A stretch of 64,000 nucleotides of DNA. It comes from a virus. Taxonomy: Duplodnaviria > Caudoviricetes. Of the stretch, positions 38,701 to 48,300 are shown piece by piece. The position numbers and the translations under genes are program-made. Where the stretch lies: IMG/VR virus record IMGVR_UViG_3300033075_001021, one strand, 5' to 3'. The notes below the pieces were generated by a model that was not told where the DNA came from, did no database searches, and saw only the letters and a program-made list of their open reading frames with translations. The number at the start of each line of letters is the position of its first letter. Within the stretch, counting starts at the first letter, position 1.

Positions 38701-39583
38701 AACCCCATAAATAAGTCTGTTCAAACGCTTCTTGTTCGTTACCAAGCTTTAACATTGCTGGTTTACGTTTGATGGTTGTTTTACCATCTAAACAAATAGC
38801 TATTTGGTCAACAGGTATTGATAGACGTTCACAACGTTCATAAATAAAGGCCCAGTCGAATGATTCTGAGTTAAAACCAGATATAATGTCTGGTTTAAGA
38901 TGATTTATAAGTCTGAAGAAATTAATTAGATTCTCTCTTTCTGAATCTCTACGCTGTTGTGGTGTTTTACCCTTTGTTTCTAATACCAATTCAAACCCTT
39001 TATTATCACGCATACCAATTTGGAAAATTGCATGACGTTTAGGGTCTAGACCTTCAGTTTCTAAGTCAAATTGAAAACGATGAACATCATTATAATCATC
39101 CATACCCTTGAATAACCTGATACCACTTTGTATCATAAATTGTTCGACGGGTGTGAACATGAAGAAAAGTTTGGAGTACTTTTTATCAAATATATCGATT
39201 CCACCTTCCCTAAAAAATTGAACCAAACGATTATATGATTCGGTACAAGTTGCCATGTATCGGTAACCATTAGCTAATCGTTTTGGTACTTCACCATCTT
39301 CATCTGAAATTCGTAAACGTTTTGTTCTGACACCATATTTTTGGGCCATCTCTCTAGCCTTCATCTTCTTTCCACCAAAAAGTATATCTGAAACCTCATC
39401 TTTAAACCACAAGAATGGTTTATATGGATGTTTTTCAATTCTTTTACCCGTATCTGGGTCGTTGATTATAAGATGTACATAAGGCTCTCCGTAACTCGCC
39501 TCTACACCAACAACATATTTTTTTGGATTCGAACCATGTAAGAAGTTTTCTATGATTTCAGGAGCAATTTTGGTTTTTGACAT
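35798..39583 (-). CDS. Family B DNA polymerase with 3'-5' exonuclease and long acidic C-terminal extension
   Basis: Exo motifs FDLETEG, FNSESFDW, YLLDD; polymerase motifs DYAALYP, KILANSWFG, GDTDG, RKNYA. Start placed at MSKTK (39583) because a promoter occupies 39598-39628. Confidence 0.93.
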   Translation of the reverse strand: MSKTKIAPEIIENFLHGSNPKKYVVGVEASYGEPYVHLIINDPDTGKRIEKHPYKPFLWFKDEVSDILFGGKKMKAREMAQKYGVRTKRLRISDEDGEVPKRLANGYRYMATCTESYNRLVQFFREGGIDIFDKKYSKLFFMFTPVEQFMIQSGIRLFKGMDDYNDVHRFQFDLETEGLDPKRHAIFQIGMRDNKGFELVLETKGKTPQQRRDSERENLINFFRLINHLKPDIISGFNSESFDWAFIYERCERLSIPVDQIAICLDGKTTIKRKPAMLKLGNEQEAFEQTYLWGYNVIDIAHAVRRAQAINSDIKKWNLKYITKYSGVAKENRVYVQGDKIYSTWADEKTDYAFNDKNGDFYKITDRMPLNDGYKKVKGNFIVQRYLLDDLWETEQVDTIYNQAAFLISKLLPTSYSRSSTMGTASQWKLIMSAWSYENDLAIPETETKRDFTGGLSRLLSVGYSRNVVKFDYAALYPKNQLTHEIFPDLDISGVMAGLLTYIVDTRDKYKFLTGEEKAKAKEIQRKIDDLKDTLSKEELKKLKEQLREHKALASLYDKKQLPLKILANSWFGAYGAPYIFNWGDTNCAEETTCRGRQYLRLMVRHFKEKYGFNPLVGDTDGFNFEFPESINSVKYVAKGSHWKTKEDAGKELFGLDAVLAEFNENFMIGRMGLDIDDIYESTINFSRKNYANLLNGKLKLVGNSIKSKKMPVYIEDFINKAIALLLDGKGKEFISYYHEYVDKIYNYNIPLVKIASKSKVKSTIQDYKKKSLKKNKAGNPMPKQAHMELAIANELDVNLGDTIYYVNTGKSKTDGDCQTIVRSKMTKKQLLQYEINNGHAPKFESQTILNCKLLDTVTVETNLETLKDIESLQKMIAACDPSDTEKINELNARIASMESELLTDEYNVAKYLEAFNKKVRPLLVCFNLDIRDKILREIKKDKKTKLEKLTDKNIFTELQCQLVAGVPNKPEDQDDYYEDLMKMEDKEIRFWDSVDKVPNNMEVDEWEMIRADYHERKRIERENGIKFELEEFDRILQKLELKEIQIFESSLTPPQEILMFATLSDDYTSFISRKWDVVLGSINDIFKYEEDAIERDKWYQMNSVSDTNRYELWLDYKSEQKIMSVEESVRNEMKRELKDMNNIDLLKKNVEEFELGVLVRIKEKEKKSNDDDDDDEYDPEAPEPEIDGYIPEIQKADFEIEISRLALNPPTLTKKKSPWDDEIETLNPSFGTTSNPNIDYKSLLETINSLPKEDTNEWNF

Positions 39584-39597
39584 ATAATAGATTTCCA

Positions 39598-39628
39598 CAA
39601 ATATACTAAAAAAAACTTGCGGTGACAA
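39598..39628 (-). promoter_or_regulatory. Proximal polymerase promoter embedded in a terminator
   Basis: TTG-TCACCGCAAGTTTTTTTTAG (20 nt)-TATATTTG. Confidence 0.7.
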
Positions 39629-39640
39629 GTGTCACCGCAA
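39608..39640 (-). terminator. Rho-independent terminator / possible attenuator upstream of the polymerase
   Basis: TTGCGGTGAC-ACTT-GTCACCGCAA-G-T8 on the minus strand. Confidence 0.8.
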
Positions 39641-39650
39641 AAAAAAGTTT

Positions 39651-39707
39651 TTGAACATTTTAATAAAATGTTCAACAAATTTACGAAATTATCTTGATAA
39701 ATGCAAA
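39651..39707 (-). promoter_or_regulatory. Distal promoter with a 12-bp-arm palindrome at the start site
   Basis: TTTG-CATTTATCAAGATAATTTCG (20 nt)-TAAATTTG at 39676-39707, immediately followed by TTGAACATTTTA-N-TAAAATGTTCAA at 39651-39675. Confidence 0.65.
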
Positions 39708-39716
39708 TACCAGCAA

Positions 39717-40088
39717 TTATTTTTTAATTTCACCCTCTAATACGTTAATATATAATTCTTCACGAATTGGAACCAAAAGAGTTCCACTACCATCTAAAAA
39801 TTCAATAATGAATTGACCAACATATCTACCAGCCCTGTTGGTATCTTTTTCTGAGAATTGATAAGTAATGTAATATTCTTCACCGACACAGCTTATTGGT
39901 TCAACCAAAGCAACCCCAGTCCTTTTCTTACCAATTTTTCTTATACCAGTTACGACATCAGTCATACTGAAGAAAATATCAGCGTTTTGAATCATTTCAA
40001 AAAATTTTCGAAAATCATTTCTACCATCTTGAATTAATTCAAGTTTTAATATTGGTAAACTAGCGTTTTTGTTAATAAAAAATTCCAT
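39717..40088 (-). CDS. BppU-N-like baseplate/fibre adaptor domain protein
   Basis: FFINKNASLPILKLEL...YQFSEKDTNRAGRYVGQFIIEF. Confidence 0.6.
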   Translation of the reverse strand: MEFFINKNASLPILKLELIQDGRNDFRKFFEMIQNADIFFSMTDVVTGIRKIGKKRTGVALVEPISCVGEEYYITYQFSEKDTNRAGRYVGQFIIEFLDGSGTLLVPIREELYINVLEGEIKK

Positions 40089-40099
40089 ATAAAATAAGT

Positions 40100-41887
40100 T
40101 TATGTATTATAAATACCAATCAATGGTGGATTAGTTACACCACTACCAGCAAAATCTGTAGAGATACCAACAGATGTTCCTGATACCTTGGTTATTGTAT
40201 GGAAATCCCATGTTTGTGGGTCCACACCAGTTTCATTTAAAAATATTGGACCTGTTTGTGTTTGCTCCCCAATATCCAATGTATATCCAACACTTGAACC
40301 ACTAATCATTTTATAAATATTATAAGAATGGGTTGTTTTAGTAACAGTATCGGCTCTTACAACTTTCATTGAATAATTTGTTTTACCAGTATATGGTGCT
40401 GATTGAGACTGAAATAACACTGGTGGGTTTGTACACACAAAAATATTATTCTTTAAATCATAAACAGTTGACGCCGTATAAGTACCCCCAGCACCAAACA
40501 TATTATCAGCTGGTGTTGGTGTACAAGGTGGTGCTGAGTTACATGAACCAGTAAACGTTGGGAAGTTTTCAAAACCAACACCAAAATTTGGTCCACTATA
40601 CCTAGATTCTGAATTTTCAATAACAACATTATTGTAAAACCTATTATTTCTAGCATCAATCTTAAACGCACCAGAACCACTAGTATAAGCCAACGAACCA
40701 CAATTAATAATTAAATTATACGCACAAACATTTTCGTAGGCGGTTGAACCACTACTTGTCGCCCCAAATTCAAGAATACCAGCACAATCAACAAATGTAT
40801 TATACATGATACTATTATAATTATTTGTATTAAACGGTTCAACCGCACCACCATTTGTACCAAAAGACTCGGCCCACGCCCATGCACCTGATACATAGTT
40901 ATGGTGTATGTTACAATAATTACCAGTTGTTGTTATAGCATTTGCCCCATATGAACCAGTGGTATATGCATATACTTGACCAAAGTTTACCATCGTGTTA
41001 TATGAAACGTCATTATAATCACCAGCATATTCAACCCCGTTACCAATATTGTTTATAAAACAATTCTTAACGGTACAATTATTACATTTAAGTGTTGGGT
41101 CATCCTCACCTAACATAATTGCAGTAATAGAATATGATGGGTCAACTTTTGGTACGGTTGGATATCTTGGGTCATTAAATTGCAAACCATCAATTATGAT
41201 GTAATTAGTGTTTTCAAATGTTAATATTTTCTTTGTTAAATAATTTGTTACAGATGGATATGGGAATAAAAAATTAGGTAAAGGACCATAACCATAATTA
41301 CCAAATATAATTGGATTAGTTTGAGTACCAGTAGGACAATTAAGCCCACCATAACCTCTCCACCATCTGAATCCATAAGACCTATCTTGGCAATAAAATG
41401 TATCACCGCATTTAAACAAGATTGCATCACCAGCTTGTATTGTACCATTATTACCAGCAGTATTTACTTGCGATAAACTTGTCCAAGGAGTATTAATACC
41501 ACCATTTTGAGTTGTGCCTGTATAGCTAGACGAAACATACCAATATCTTAACGGTATTGGTGTTCTTTGTAAAACTGTAACAGTAACATTACTAGCTCCT
41601 GTTAAACCAAAATTATTTGTGGCTGTTAATTTATATACATATGTTCCAACGGTTAAGCCAGAAATATCTGTTACTGCTGAATTTGGTGTAATAATATTAC
41701 CACCAGTAGGTCCAGATGTTTTACTCCATAAATACGCTGTAATGGTCCCAAGTTGAGTTACTGCTGAACCACTCAATACCCAACTGGTTGTTGGAAGTGT
41801 GACTGAAGTTCCGCTACCAGCATTAACGACTGGATTAACATTAGTTTTCTTAGAAGACGATATGACACCAATATTAAATGAATACAT
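40100..41887 (-). CDS. PKD/Ig domain plus right-handed beta-helix protein (tail spike/depolymerase-like)
   Basis: PVVNAG...YLWSKTSGP...GLTVGTYVYKLTATNN (PKD-like), then WYVSS...PWTSL...AGDAILFKCGDTF and Asn-ladder repeats. Confidence 0.75.
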   Translation of the reverse strand: MYSFNIGVISSSKKTNVNPVVNAGSGTSVTLPTTSWVLSGSAVTQLGTITAYLWSKTSGPTGGNIITPNSAVTDISGLTVGTYVYKLTATNNFGLTGASNVTVTVLQRTPIPLRYWYVSSSYTGTTQNGGINTPWTSLSQVNTAGNNGTIQAGDAILFKCGDTFYCQDRSYGFRWWRGYGGLNCPTGTQTNPIIFGNYGYGPLPNFLFPYPSVTNYLTKKILTFENTNYIIIDGLQFNDPRYPTVPKVDPSYSITAIMLGEDDPTLKCNNCTVKNCFINNIGNGVEYAGDYNDVSYNTMVNFGQVYAYTTGSYGANAITTTGNYCNIHHNYVSGAWAWAESFGTNGGAVEPFNTNNYNSIMYNTFVDCAGILEFGATSSGSTAYENVCAYNLIINCGSLAYTSGSGAFKIDARNNRFYNNVVIENSESRYSGPNFGVGFENFPTFTGSCNSAPPCTPTPADNMFGAGGTYTASTVYDLKNNIFVCTNPPVLFQSQSAPYTGKTNYSMKVVRADTVTKTTHSYNIYKMISGSSVGYTLDIGEQTQTGPIFLNETGVDPQTWDFHTITKVSGTSVGISTDFAGSGVTNPPLIGIYNT

Positions 41888-41896
41888 ATTTTATTT

Positions 41897-44140
41897 TTAA
41901 ACAGTTATATCACCAGTTAAATACCAAGTATTAGTTGAACGTTTTATTAAAGTAGCAAAGCTATATGTTGATGTTAATTTTAATGCATTATTAGCACTTA
42001 AAATGGTTACACCAGTTCCACCACTAATTGTTGTTTGACCAGCCCCAGTTTGACAAATTGTTATTTGTGCGCCAGTACTAAATGTCACAGCACTATTAGG
42101 TGGTACAATAACTGTATTGGCATTTGCGTTCCCCATTTCAACAATAACATTGTTACTTCCGTTTGAGACATCAGATAACACTAATGTATAGGTGTTACCC
42201 GTTCTTGTATTAAAACTAACATTTGTGTTTGTTGCAGCTGTTATACCAGTTAAGTTCGAGCCGTTACCAAAATATGTTGTTGCTGACATTGTGGTTGCCG
42301 ATATTGTTGCTGATGTCATTAAACCCGTAACAGTCAAACCAGTAAAGGATTGTATTGTTGTTGATACTGTACCACCAGTACTATTTGTAAGTACTAATCT
42401 ATTATTTGTAAATGTACCACCAGTTATACTTGTTCCAGCTGGACCCTGTGGACCAGTTGGACCTGTTGCACCTTGAATACCTTGAATACCTTGAATACCT
42501 TGTGGGCCAGTTGCACCCTGCGGACCCGTTGCACCTTGTGGACCTGCTGGACCTGTTGCACCCTGTGGACCCACAGGGCCTTGCGGACCAGTTGCACCTT
42601 GTGCTGCTAATAATGCCCAGCTTGTTGTTGCTGTTAATGGTATACTATTAGTATTTGCACTTAATGCAAAATAAGTTGAACCACTATATGCTACCGCATC
42701 ATTCTGCGTATATGCTGATACTGAACTCCAATTACCTTTAAAGTTTAAACCAGCTGGACCTACTGGACCAGCAACACCTTGTGGACCCTGTGGACCAACT
42801 GGACCTGTTGCACCACTTAAACCTTGCGGGCCCTGCGGACCTGTTGCACCACTAACACCTTGTGGGCCTTGCGGTCCCGCTGGACCTTGTGGACCTTGTG
42901 GTCCAGTTGGACCAGCAACACCTTGTGGACCCTGTGGACCAACTGGACCTGTTGCACCGCTTAAACCTTGTGGACCCTGTGGACCCTGTGGGCCTGTTGG
43001 ACCAGCTGGACCTGTTGCACCAGCTGGACCTTGAGCACCCGTTGCACCACTAACACCTTGTGGACCCGTTGCACCTTGTGGGCCTGTAAGACCTTGTGGG
43101 CCTGTAAGACCTTGTGGACCCTGCGGACCCACAGGGCCTTGCGGACCAGTTGCACCTTGTGCTGCTAATAACGCCCATGTGCTTGCTGTTGTTGGTATAT
43201 TGTTGGTATTTGCTGTTAATGCAAAATATGTCGAGCCACTATATGCCACCGCATCATTCTGCGTATATGCCGAAGCCGAATTCCAGCTGCCTTTAAAGTT
43301 TAAACCCGTTGCACCAGCTGGACCCGTTGCACCCTGCGAACCTGTTGGGCCTGTTGCACCTTGTGGACCCGTCGCACCTTGTGCTGCTAACAAGGACCAT
43401 CTTGTTGTTGCTGTTAATGGTATATTATTAGTGTTCGCACTTAATGCGATATATGATGAACCACTATATGCCACCGCATCATTCTGTGTATAAGCTGATG
43501 CCGAATTCCAAGCCCCTCTCCAAACCATACCGACTGGACCTGCTGGACCCGTTGCACCCTGTGGACCTGTTGCACCAGCTGGACCCATTGGCCCAGTTGC
43601 ACCACTTAAACCTTGTGGACCTTGCGGTCCTTGAAGACCCTGAAGACCTTGCGGGCCAATTGTACCTTGTGGGCCTTGTGCACCCTGTGGACCTTGAGCA
43701 CCAGTCGCACCGCTTACGCCTTGCGGACCTTGTGGGCCCACTGGGCCTTGTGGGCCTTGTGGGCCTATTGGACCTTGAGCACCAGTTGCACCTTGTGCTG
43801 CTAACACAACCCAAAATGGAGAAATGTTAGGTTGATTGTTTGTATTATCAACAACGCAAAAGTATGTTGAACCACTATAACTAACAACATCATTAGTAAT
43901 ATACGCTGTTGTAGCACTCCACACACCTTGCCATACCAATCCAGCTGGACCAATATCACCTTGCGGACCTTGCGGACCTTGCGCACCCTCTGGACCTTGC
44001 GGACCAACTGGACCCTGAATACCTTGCGGACCTTGTGGGCCAGCTGGACCCTGCGGACCAACCACACCTTGAATACCTTGTGGACCTTGTGAACCTTGTA
44101 AGCCTGTTGCCACACGGTTTTGTTGAATTATTATTCCCAT
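41897..44140 (-). CDS. Collagen-like fibre protein with four CBM5/12-like knobs
   Basis: Long GPQ/GAT/GPT triplet runs interrupted by four W.G.W....AY..ND.V.YSGS.Y modules; C-terminal globular domain. Confidence 0.88.
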   Translation of the reverse strand: MGIIIQQNRVATGLQGSQGPQGIQGVVGPQGPAGPQGPQGIQGPVGPQGPEGAQGPQGPQGDIGPAGLVWQGVWSATTAYITNDVVSYSGSTYFCVVDNTNNQPNISPFWVVLAAQGATGAQGPIGPQGPQGPVGPQGPQGVSGATGAQGPQGAQGPQGTIGPQGLQGLQGPQGPQGLSGATGPMGPAGATGPQGATGPAGPVGMVWRGAWNSASAYTQNDAVAYSGSSYIALSANTNNIPLTATTRWSLLAAQGATGPQGATGPTGSQGATGPAGATGLNFKGSWNSASAYTQNDAVAYSGSTYFALTANTNNIPTTASTWALLAAQGATGPQGPVGPQGPQGLTGPQGLTGPQGATGPQGVSGATGAQGPAGATGPAGPTGPQGPQGPQGLSGATGPVGPQGPQGVAGPTGPQGPQGPAGPQGPQGVSGATGPQGPQGLSGATGPVGPQGPQGVAGPVGPAGLNFKGNWSSVSAYTQNDAVAYSGSTYFALSANTNSIPLTATTSWALLAAQGATGPQGPVGPQGATGPAGPQGATGPQGATGPQGIQGIQGIQGATGPTGPQGPAGTSITGGTFTNNRLVLTNSTGGTVSTTIQSFTGLTVTGLMTSATISATTMSATTYFGNGSNLTGITAATNTNVSFNTRTGNTYTLVLSDVSNGSNNVIVEMGNANANTVIVPPNSAVTFSTGAQITICQTGAGQTTISGGTGVTILSANNALKLTSTYSFATLIKRSTNTWYLTGDITV

Positions 44141-44153
44141 TATTTTTAATTTA

Positions 44154-45338
44154 TTATGTAGTTATTGCACCCCATAGTAACCACTCATCTGTATTTATTT
44201 TTTTTAAGTATTGTACACTATATTGTGAGTCACTAAATACACCAATAAGTGATGCGTTACCCACAACTGAATTTACAGTAACACCTGTATTAACCCCAGC
44301 AAAAATTATTTGAACCGCTGTTGATTGTACAAATGTGTACATGCTATTAATTGGTATCGTTGATGCGCTATTTGCTGGTACAACAATAGTTATTGAAGCA
44401 GAACTATCCTCACCAACCCAAATCATTTTACCTGCCGTATCACCACTTAATGCATATTGCGAAACCGCATCAACAGTTATTGTTTCTTGTGGTAATGGTG
44501 CTGATGATGTTTTTAATTTACCGTTACTATCAGCTAATACATAACCGTCACCAGAACTAGCTAAATTACCAAATACTATATCACCAGATGTATTTTCCCA
44601 AGCAATATGTTTGGATGTATTTAAAGATATTAATGTTGGGTTATAGTAAACACCCCTTAAATCACCAGAACCAAATGTAGATTGCGTATATGTTGGGTTA
44701 ATCAATAACTGATTATAGTTCATTGTATTCGCTGTAATATTTGAGTTTACATTGGATGCAATTCTAATAGAAGTCTGTGTACCAGACGCACCAATACCAT
44801 TTGTAAACCCACCATCAAATGTGTAGTAACTTAACCCAGCTATGCTACCAACAAGAGCGTATCTTGCAATGTTACCATTACCAGCCCAAAAGTTTAATTG
44901 ATTCGCACCACCATAGATACCAGTTTGAGCACCGTTAGTTGAAATACGTACAGCGTTGTTGGTATTGATTATACCACTAACATCTACCTTATATGCTGGC
45001 GATGCGGTACCAATACCAATATTAGTTCCATTATCAAATATTTCACTATTGGTAAGTGTTGTTGCGTTTGACCATTTTGGAACATAGTTAGTAGTACCAC
45101 TACCAGCCGTACCCCCACTAGTTGTTCCTGTGCCGATAATTTGACTTAAATCTGCGGTAATTGAATTACCGTTTATTTGTGATAAGACTAAATTATTACC
45201 GACTGTGGTTGCTGTGGATATTGATATACCCTTTAAAAAGATAAAATTATTATCAACATCATCATGACTCAATACACTACCCTTTGTTACATCACCGTAT
45301 GGACTTTGTAGTGTTCTTAATATTAAATTATTATTCAT
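44154..45338 (-). CDS. Fibre-like virion protein
   Basis: N-terminal [15 protein letters not shown]; shares the [12 protein letters not shown]...GTNIGIG and RG.YYNPT...IA.ENT.G modules with the 1618-aa fibre. Confidence 0.75.
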   Translation of the reverse strand: MNNNLILRTLQSPYGDVTKGSVLSHDDVDNNFIFLKGISISTATTVGNNLVLSQINGNSITADLSQIIGTGTTSGGTAGSGTTNYVPKWSNATTLTNSEIFDNGTNIGIGTASPAYKVDVSGIINTNNAVRISTNGAQTGIYGGANQLNFWAGNGNIARYALVGSIAGLSYYTFDGGFTNGIGASGTQTSIRIASNVNSNITANTMNYNQLLINPTYTQSTFGSGDLRGVYYNPTLISLNTSKHIAWENTSGDIVFGNLASSGDGYVLADSNGKLKTSSAPLPQETITVDAVSQYALSGDTAGKMIWVGEDSSASITIVVPANSASTIPINSMYTFVQSTAVQIIFAGVNTGVTVNSVVGNASLIGVFSDSQYSVQYLKKINTDEWLLWGAITT

Positions 45339-45359
45339 TGTTTGTTTTATTTATAATTA

Positions 45360-48300
45360 TTAAACTCGATATGATGAAATTAACACCCAATTAGTACCAT
45401 CGGAAACCCATTGAAACCTCTCAACAGGTTTCAATGCAACAATAGCACCAATACTACCATCAACGTCTTCGATGGTACCAGCCACTGATATAACATATAA
45501 ACTACCACCACCAGTATCCTTTGTTCTTGAAATATAATACATTCTATTTGTACATGTTGCTGGGTCGGGTAATATTATATTAAAATCACTCCCACCTAGA
45601 TAATCAAATCTGTAAACTGTTGTAAAATCATCGATTGTATAATCAGCAGCAAGCGTTGTCATATCAACATAAGTATATTTCGCACCAAAAGAACCATTTA
45701 CATCAAATGTTGATTTTGGTTCAACAACTCTAACACCTATTTTACCGTTAGGTGTTTCAGTTGCAATAGGAGTACTAATTAAATCGTCATTTAATCCAGA
45801 ACCAAATAATACGCCACCAATATTCATTGTTGAACCTGTACTAAATGGTAGTGTAATATTATTACCAATAATAATTGAATTAGGTGGGGCTCCATTATCT
45901 TTACCTGCTTTATTACCAATAAAGATTGAATTATTGGCGACGTTTGCACCATAACCAGCTTGATAACCTATAAAGTTTGAATAATTTGCGTTGTTTGCCC
46001 GATAACCAGCATAATAACCTATAAAGTTCGAGGCATTGGCATTATTAGCACTTTCACCAGCATATGAACCAAAGAAATTTGAATTATTTGCATCCTCAGC
46101 AATAAACCCAGCATACTGTCCAAAGAAATTAGAATTATTAGCTCTTGGTGATTGAAATCCAGCATATGAGCCAAAGAAATTTGAATATTGAGCGTTCGGT
46201 GATTCATTACCAGCATAATAACCAATAAAGTTTGAACCAGCAGCACTTGTTGCACCATAACCAGCTTGATAACCAATAAAGTTTGATGTAGCCGCATTCA
46301 CAGCACCCTGACCAGCATTCTGACCAATAAAGTTAGCGGCAAATGCATTAGAGGCGTTATACCCAGCTGAATCACCAATAAAGTTTGAACCAGCAGCATA
46401 TATTGCTCCCTCCCCAGCACTCGTACCAATAAAGTTTGAATTATTTGCATCCTCAGCAATAAACCCAGCATACTGTCCAAAGAAATTAGAATTATTAGCT
46501 CTTGGTGATTGAAATCCAGCATATGAGCCAAAGAAATTTGAATATTGAGCGTTCGGTGATTCATTACCAGCATAATAACCAATAAAGTTTGAACCAGCAG
46601 CACTTGTTGCACCATAACCAGCTTGATAACCAATAAAGTTTGATGTAGCCGCATTCACAGCACCCTGACCAGCATTCTGACCAATAAAGTTAGCGGCAAA
46701 TGCATTAGAGGCGTTATACCCAGCTGAATCACCAATAAAGTTTGAACCAGCAGCATATATTGCTCCCTCCCCAGCACTTCTACCTATAAAATTTGAAACC
46801 GTCGCATATGTTGCATCATAACCAGCACTCGTACCAATAAAGTTTGAATTGGGTGCACTCTCGGCATAATAACCACTTTGAAAACCAATAAAGTTTGAAT
46901 AACTAGCACCAATTGCTTGATAACCAGCTGAATCGCCAAAGAAATTTGAAGTATTAGCACTTGTCGCATTACGACCAGCATCTCGACCAATAAAGTTTGA
47001 ATAACTAGCATTTTCAGCAAACGCACCAGCGGATAACCCAAAGAAGTTTGAACGAGTGGCGTTAATAGCCGCATAACCTGCCTCAAGGCCAAAGAAGTTT
47101 GAACGACTAGCACCAGTTGCTTGATAACCAGCATCTTCAGCAAAGAAGTTTGAATTATCAGCACCTGTTGCACCATAACCAGCCTCTTGACCGATGAAAT
47201 TAGAATTATATGCGAATGTGGCAAATTTACCAGCTTGAAACCCAATAAAGTTTGAGCTATCGGCTTTTGTTAATTGACCAGCATCTCGACCAATAAAGTT
47301 TGAATTATTTGCGTCTTCAGCACCTTGACCAGCACCATAACCAAGGAAATTTGCAAAACTAGAATTCAATGCACTTTTACCAGCTTCAAACCCAATAAAA
47401 TTCGATACCTCACAATCAAATGCATCATCACCAGCAGATGTACCAATAAAGTTTGAGTTGGTTGAACCACTAGCAGTATGTCCAGCATAGTAACCAATAA
47501 AATTGGCACTTATTGAATCAAATGCACTATCACCAGCGTTTACACCAATAAAGTTTGAATAAGGCATGTTATATGAATACACACCAGCATTTTTACCAAT
47601 AAAATTAGATGAATGAACATTTATTGCGCTATCACCAGCGGCATTACCAATGAAATTACAATTTGTTGCCCCACTAGTATCTGTACCAGCTGTTTGACCA
47701 ATAAAATTTGAACCATTAGCATTTTTCGCATTATTACCAGCGTAAGAACCAATAAAATTAGAGTAATCTACGTCATCAGAATTATTACCAGCAAAATAAC
47801 CAATTAAATTTGTTGCTGTCTGCCCAGTTACATCATAACCAGCTTCGTGACCAATAAAATTACAATACTGATTATCTTTTGCGACATAACCAGCTCGATA
47901 ACCAATATAATTAGATTCTGTGACACCACTAGCATAATAACCAGCTTCAAAACCAATATAGTTAACATAAGAATCTGTTAATCCAGACCTAACATCAAAT
48001 CCAGAATCTAAACCTAAAAATATAGATTTGGTATTACCAAATCCGCTATTATTGATATCAGATAACCTAGCCAATGTATCACCACTAATTACAGATAATG
48101 GAAAATATATTTTATCTGGATTTTTAATATAAAAACCATTAACATCATTAAAAATACCACCTCCAGTGTATGATATACCAAAACCATCTGATAAAATAAG
48201 GCTTGTTGTATTTCCATATAGCTCACTCTCAATTGTTAAACCGTTCTCATTTAATATAATGGAATCAGTTGCACCAGATGTTTCGGTACTTATATTAATT

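Noticed and set aside
35798-39583. Intein or intron in the long polymerase
   Set aside because: No C/S...HN splice motifs or LAGLIDADG blocks seen; the extra length is coiled-coil inserts and a C-terminal tail, and the frame is continuous.
39584-39628. ORF-track N-terminal extensions for the polymerase (39628), HD protein (56352) and dUTPase (56932)
   Set aside because: The first two extensions overlap consensus promoters and the third lies inside the upstream gene; the downstream ATGs are more plausible.
46078-46778. Diversity-generating retroelement TR/VR pair
   Set aside because: The copies are identical, tandem and in-frame, with no adenine-specific mismatches, and no reverse transcriptase is present. 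The tape measure duplication mismatches are not adenine-restricted either.
42420-47970. CRISPR-like array in the periodic DNA
   Set aside because: The periodicity is explained by collagen triplets and 51-nt coding repeats; there is no constant repeat with unique spacers and no cas gene.
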